Shown: positions 60,814 through 64,000 of the stretch, one piece after another
Layout: every line of letters begins with the position of its first letter
Numbering within the stretch: position 1 is the stretch's first letter
DNA from: a virus
Reading direction: 5' to 3' (one strand)
Virus record (IMG/VR): IMGVR_UViG_3300027969_004705
Span: 8,672-72,671 of that record
DNA length: 64,000 bases
Translations under genes and position numbers: made by a program
The notes under the pieces: generated by a model
Told to the model about the DNA's origin: nothing
Database searches by the model: none
The model's input: the letters and a program-made list of their open reading frames with translations, nothing else

Positions 60814-61903
60814 AGATCTATTCGATTTCCTTAACATTGGTGATGATATTAATAATATCGAGTTTACAGATACTCAACTTTATGTCTTAACACCAACAAA
60901 GGAAGTAGTACCTATTAGAGGATATATTAAAAAAACGGAACATGAGATTGTAAATGTTAAGCTTGAAAACGGAGATGAATTTAATGTTTCATCTCGGCAT
61001 TTAGTCTTTGAAGAAGGTGAGTGTAAATTTGTAAAAGACTGTCAAACAGTTGATACGATTTATGGTTCATCTAAAATTTCTTCAATTCAAACTGTTAATA
61101 CAAATGCGGAAGTTTATGATATATCAATTGATGCACCTCATGTCTATATAACACCGAATGGTGTTATTCATCATAACACTTCCTACCTTCTGCAGTTGAT
61201 GGAAGCTCTCTCAAACAATGGGTATGAAACTGGATACGCTTCAGGTGAAGAGAATCAATACCAAATTGCGTTTACATGTAAGCGTTTGAACGTTCAAAAT
61301 ATTCAAATTGCTAATATTCAAGATATTGATGAGCTTGTTGAAGCGACTAAGAGCTTTGATGTTTTGGTTATCGACTCCTTTCAAGCGCTAACTACTAAGA
61401 ATAAGCTCAATCAAGCTGAGCTTGAACGTTATGCTGTAAACGAATTAATTAAAGCAGCTAAAGAAAACGAATGCGCTTTGTTCTTTATTATGCATCTTAC
61501 TAAAGATGGTAAATTGAAAGGATCTTCTCTGGTACCTCACTCTGTAGATGTCAATATTCAAATTATGATTGATACAGAGGGTGATAGCTCTGGTCGAATC
61601 TTCTCTGTCTATAAGAACCGGTTCGGTCCTACGAACGATTATAACGCAACTCTTGGACATAATGGCTTTCAATTTACCGGTAAGCGTGAAGGTGAAATGG
61701 GTAAATCTAAAAAAACTCGTAAACAAGATATTAAGAAAGAAATTCTTGAGCTTGATCCTCCTCTTATCACTAAAAGTCTCATTATTGAAAAATTTAGTAT
61801 TACTCCTTCTCAAGCCTATCTTACTCTCAAAGAGCTTGTTGATGCAAATAAACTTGTTAAAATTGGACGCGGTGAGAGTAGCGTCTGGAAGAAAACTATT
61901 TAA
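60788..61903 (+). CDS. radA: Split-intein C-fragment (130 aa; 60788-61177) fused to RadA/Sms-like C-extein (241 aa)
   Basis: Intein blocks B (SSRH), F (VYDISI), G (NGVIHHN|T). Extein YASGEE, LVIDSFQ, HLTKDG, KNRFG, plus a wHTH-like C-terminus. Confidence 0.9.
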   Translation: MKSLTVTFKDLFDFLNIGDDINNIEFTDTQLYVLTPTKEVVPIRGYIKKTEHEIVNVKLENGDEFNVSSRHLVFEEGECKFVKDCQTVDTIYGSSKISSIQTVNTNAEVYDISIDAPHVYITPNGVIHHNTSYLLQLMEALSNNGYETGYASGEENQYQIAFTCKRLNVQNIQIANIQDIDELVEATKSFDVLVIDSFQALTTKNKLNQAELERYAVNELIKAAKENECALFFIMHLTKDGKLKGSSLVPHSVDVNIQIMIDTEGDSSGRIFSVYKNRFGPTNDYNATLGHNGFQFTGKREGEMGKSKKTRKQDIKKEILELDPPLITKSLIIEKFSITPSQAYLTLKELVDANKLVKIGRGESSVWKKTI

Positions 61904-61906
61904 ACT

Positions 61907-62332
61907 ATGAAAACACGAATTAGCCTTTGCTTAGCTGCTTTGCTTGCCTCATGCCAGAGCATTCAACATAATACTTATACTGCAGTACGAACGGCACAAT
62001 ATAAAAAACTTACTTGTCGTGTAACTTATTATACTCCTGATAAAAAATGGGGTACTCAAGTATCTGCCCCTGGCGTTAAGACAGCCACTCAAGGAGTGAC
62101 TGTCGCTGCTCATCCTGACTTTAAATTTGGTACGAAGGTATCTATTCCGAGACTAAAAGGAATCTTAGATGATGGACTTTTTATTGTACAAGATAGAGGC
62201 AGCGCTGTAACAAAAAAGAAAGCTTCAAAAGGTAAAGCATACGTCGTTGATATCTATCTAGCTAATACTAAATCTCTTAAATTTTATACAAATTTACCTG
62301 AATATATGGATGTATACTTTGCAAAACCATAA
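61907..62332 (+). CDS. Lipoprotein with 3D (MltA-like) domain
   Basis: Lipobox LLASC; VTYY, VAAHP, FGTKVSIP, VQDRG, VDIY. Confidence 0.75.
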   Translation: MKTRISLCLAALLASCQSIQHNTYTAVRTAQYKKLTCRVTYYTPDKKWGTQVSAPGVKTATQGVTVAAHPDFKFGTKVSIPRLKGILDDGLFIVQDRGSAVTKKKASKGKAYVVDIYLANTKSLKFYTNLPEYMDVYFAKP

Positions 62333-62348
62333 TGAACTAGTATATAAT
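62331..62348 (+). promoter_or_regulatory. Early-type promoter motif
   Basis: AATGAACTAGTATATAAT. Confidence 0.75.
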
Positions 62349-62375
62349 AAGTTATAATAAAAACTTTAATTAAAA

Positions 62376-63680
62376 ATGAATAAACTGACTATTGAAAACA
62401 GTGAAAATTACGCTGCACATTATGTTACTTTGAAAACGCTGCTGGAGATTCCAGGTGCAAACAACATTCAGCACGCCGTTATTAACGGGAATCTTGTTAT
62501 CGTTTCAAAAGACTCTAAAGTAGGTGATAAGGGTGTATTTTTTCCAGTAGAGAGTCAACTGGCTAGTAGTTTCACATCGAGAAATAATCTTCATTCTGAC
62601 CAAATGTTGAATGTTGATCAGACCAAGAAGGGATACTTTGGCGATAAGCGACGTGTTCGGTGTATCAAATTTATGAAAGTTCCAAGTGAAGGATTGTTTT
62701 GTCCTCTGGAATATTTTGAGGTTTGGCGAGGAATTAAAGTTTCTGAATGGGATAATGTAGCTGATAATCACGCTTTTGATCACATTGATGGTGAGGAATT
62801 GTGCCGCAAATATCTTATTCGCGAAAAGCAGATCCCAGGCATCGCAGGTAAAAAAATAAAAAAACTGCCAAGCCGTTTGATTAAAGGTCAATATCATTTA
62901 CACTACGATACCTCTAAGCTAGCCGATAACATTCATTTGATTGACCCTGATGATTATATTATAATCTCTAATAAATTTCACGGTACGAGTCTTAATTGTG
63001 GTCGCGTTTTACTTAAGCGAAATTTATCCTGGTGGGAGAAAATTAAGAATTTTTGCGGATTAAATGTTCAATTAGCTGAATACGAAAACGTTTATGCTAG
63101 TCGTACAGTAATTAAATCACTATGTCCGCAAAATAATCATTATTACAAAGAGGACGTATGGCACGCAGGCTTTAAAACAATCGAACATGCACTGTCTGAT
63201 GGTATTCAGATTTACGCGGAAATCGTAGGTTATACACCATCTGGAAGTGCAATTCAAGGCCGTTGGACTTATGGCTGCAAGCCTGGAGAATATAAAGTAG
63301 TAGTTTACCGAGTGACTCACACTTCACCAGAAAACGTAGTGATGGAATATTCAATGCAAGAAGTTATTCAGTTCTGTCAGGATAATCAATTGCAACATGT
63401 TCCTATTTTTTATCGAGGTCCAGCGAAAGATGTATTTCCAGATCTTAATCTGAACGAGTCTTGGCAGGGTGAATTTCTTAAACAGTTAAAGACTTCTTTT
63501 AATTTAGAGAAAACTTGCAAAGAATGTAATACTGGAGTTCCAGCTGAAGGTATTTGTTTAAGAAATGAAACTAAAGGTCTCAAAGCGCTAAAGCTTAAGG
63601 CGTTTGCGTTTAATCTTAAAGAATCAGAAGCGCTAGATAAAGGTATTGTTGATATAGAATCGGATGATTTAGCGGATTAG
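62376..63680 (+). CDS. RNA ligase (DRB0094/Rnl5-like, N-terminal OB-fold)
   Basis: IPGANNI, GDKGVFFPVES, SEGL, KFHGTS (motif I), YAEIVG, EGICLR, LK. Confidence 0.8.
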   Translation: MNKLTIENSENYAAHYVTLKTLLEIPGANNIQHAVINGNLVIVSKDSKVGDKGVFFPVESQLASSFTSRNNLHSDQMLNVDQTKKGYFGDKRRVRCIKFMKVPSEGLFCPLEYFEVWRGIKVSEWDNVADNHAFDHIDGEELCRKYLIREKQIPGIAGKKIKKLPSRLIKGQYHLHYDTSKLADNIHLIDPDDYIIISNKFHGTSLNCGRVLLKRNLSWWEKIKNFCGLNVQLAEYENVYASRTVIKSLCPQNNHYYKEDVWHAGFKTIEHALSDGIQIYAEIVGYTPSGSAIQGRWTYGCKPGEYKVVVYRVTHTSPENVVMEYSMQEVIQFCQDNQLQHVPIFYRGPAKDVFPDLNLNESWQGEFLKQLKTSFNLEKTCKECNTGVPAEGICLRNETKGLKALKLKAFAFNLKESEALDKGIVDIESDDLAD

Positions 63681-63728
63681 AACACGCTATTTAACTTATA
63701 ATCTATGACAAACTAGCTTATCATGAAT

Positions 63729-63746
63729 AATGAATCTCTATAAAAT
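63729..63746 (+). promoter_or_regulatory. Degenerate early-type promoter motif
   Basis: AATGAATCTCTATAAAAT, 6 nt before ATG 63753. Confidence 0.55.
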
Positions 63747-63752
63747 AAAGGA

Positions 63753-63959
63753 ATGAACAACTTTACCGCTTATAAAACTGTTGCGAATCCTGTAATGTAT
63801 TCTACAGTGTATTCTGTAAGGGATTCTGTATGGGATTCTGTATGGGATTCTGTATGGGATTCTGTAAGGGATTCTGTAAGGCGTTCTGTAAGGCGTTCTG
63901 TAGAGGCTTCTGTAAGGGATTCTGTAAGAGATTCTGTAGAGGATTACTTTTTAAAATGA
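63753..63959 (+). CDS. Small tetrapeptide-repeat protein (SV[R/W]D)n
   Basis: SVRDSVWDSVWDSVWDSVRDSVRRSVRRSVEASVRDSVRDSVED. Confidence 0.7.
   Translation: MNNFTAYKTVANPVMYSTVYSVRDSVWDSVWDSVWDSVRDSVRRSVRRSVEASVRDSVRDSVEDYFLK
63813..63944 (+). repeat. 12-bp tandem repeat (tctgta[a/t]gggat and variants), 11 units
   Basis: Read directly from the sequence; in frame with ORF 63753. Confidence 0.9.
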
Positions 63960-63972
63960 ACTTCGCTAAAAT
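63955..63972 (+). promoter_or_regulatory. Early-type promoter motif before a truncated ORF (ATG 63979, MNNSNIY...)
   Basis: AATGAACTTCGCTAAAAT, 6 nt before the ATG. Confidence 0.6.
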
Positions 63973-64000
63973 AAAGCAATGAATAACTCTAACATTTATA

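Noticed and set aside
63813-63944. CRISPR array
   Set aside because: 12-bp in-frame tandem units with no unique spacers.
1-64000. Stop-codon reassignment; tRNA or rRNA genes
   Set aside because: Conserved genes (gp17, gp18, gp6, primase) are full length in the standard code with dense packing; no cloverleaf or rRNA-like stretch seen in the short intergenic gaps.

Overview
AT-rich segment of a large T4-like myophage genome (standard genetic code; no tRNA, rRNA or CRISPR seen). It holds a replication block (gp59-like, gp32 SSB, gp45 clamp, RNase H, gp61 primase; gp44 and dUTPase further on), a long minus-strand tail/baseplate/fibre block (fibres, gp6, gp25, hub, gp53, gp48, tape measure, gp26, gp54, gp19, gp18, gp3, gp17), a separate gp16 and gp14, and a plus-strand early/accessory region. 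Most notable: (1) a fractured RadA/Sms-like ATPase gene split inside its Walker A motif (GCGK|T) by an atypically split intein (30-aa IntN, 130-aa IntC). A free-standing Vsr/DUF559-like endonuclease lies between the halves, and each half has its own copy of an early-type promoter motif. (2) Late (TAAATA) and early-type (AAyGAACT-N4-TATAAT) promoter motifs often sit 5-6 nt upstream of start codons, which predicts widespread leaderless mRNAs. (3) T4 capsid-targeting-like N-termini on small late genes, a nested internal-promoter isoform, and a recurrent L-S-[A/G/S] motif in virion proteins alongside a GT8 glycosyltransferase. All functional calls come from motifs and synteny read by eye; no database searches were run.
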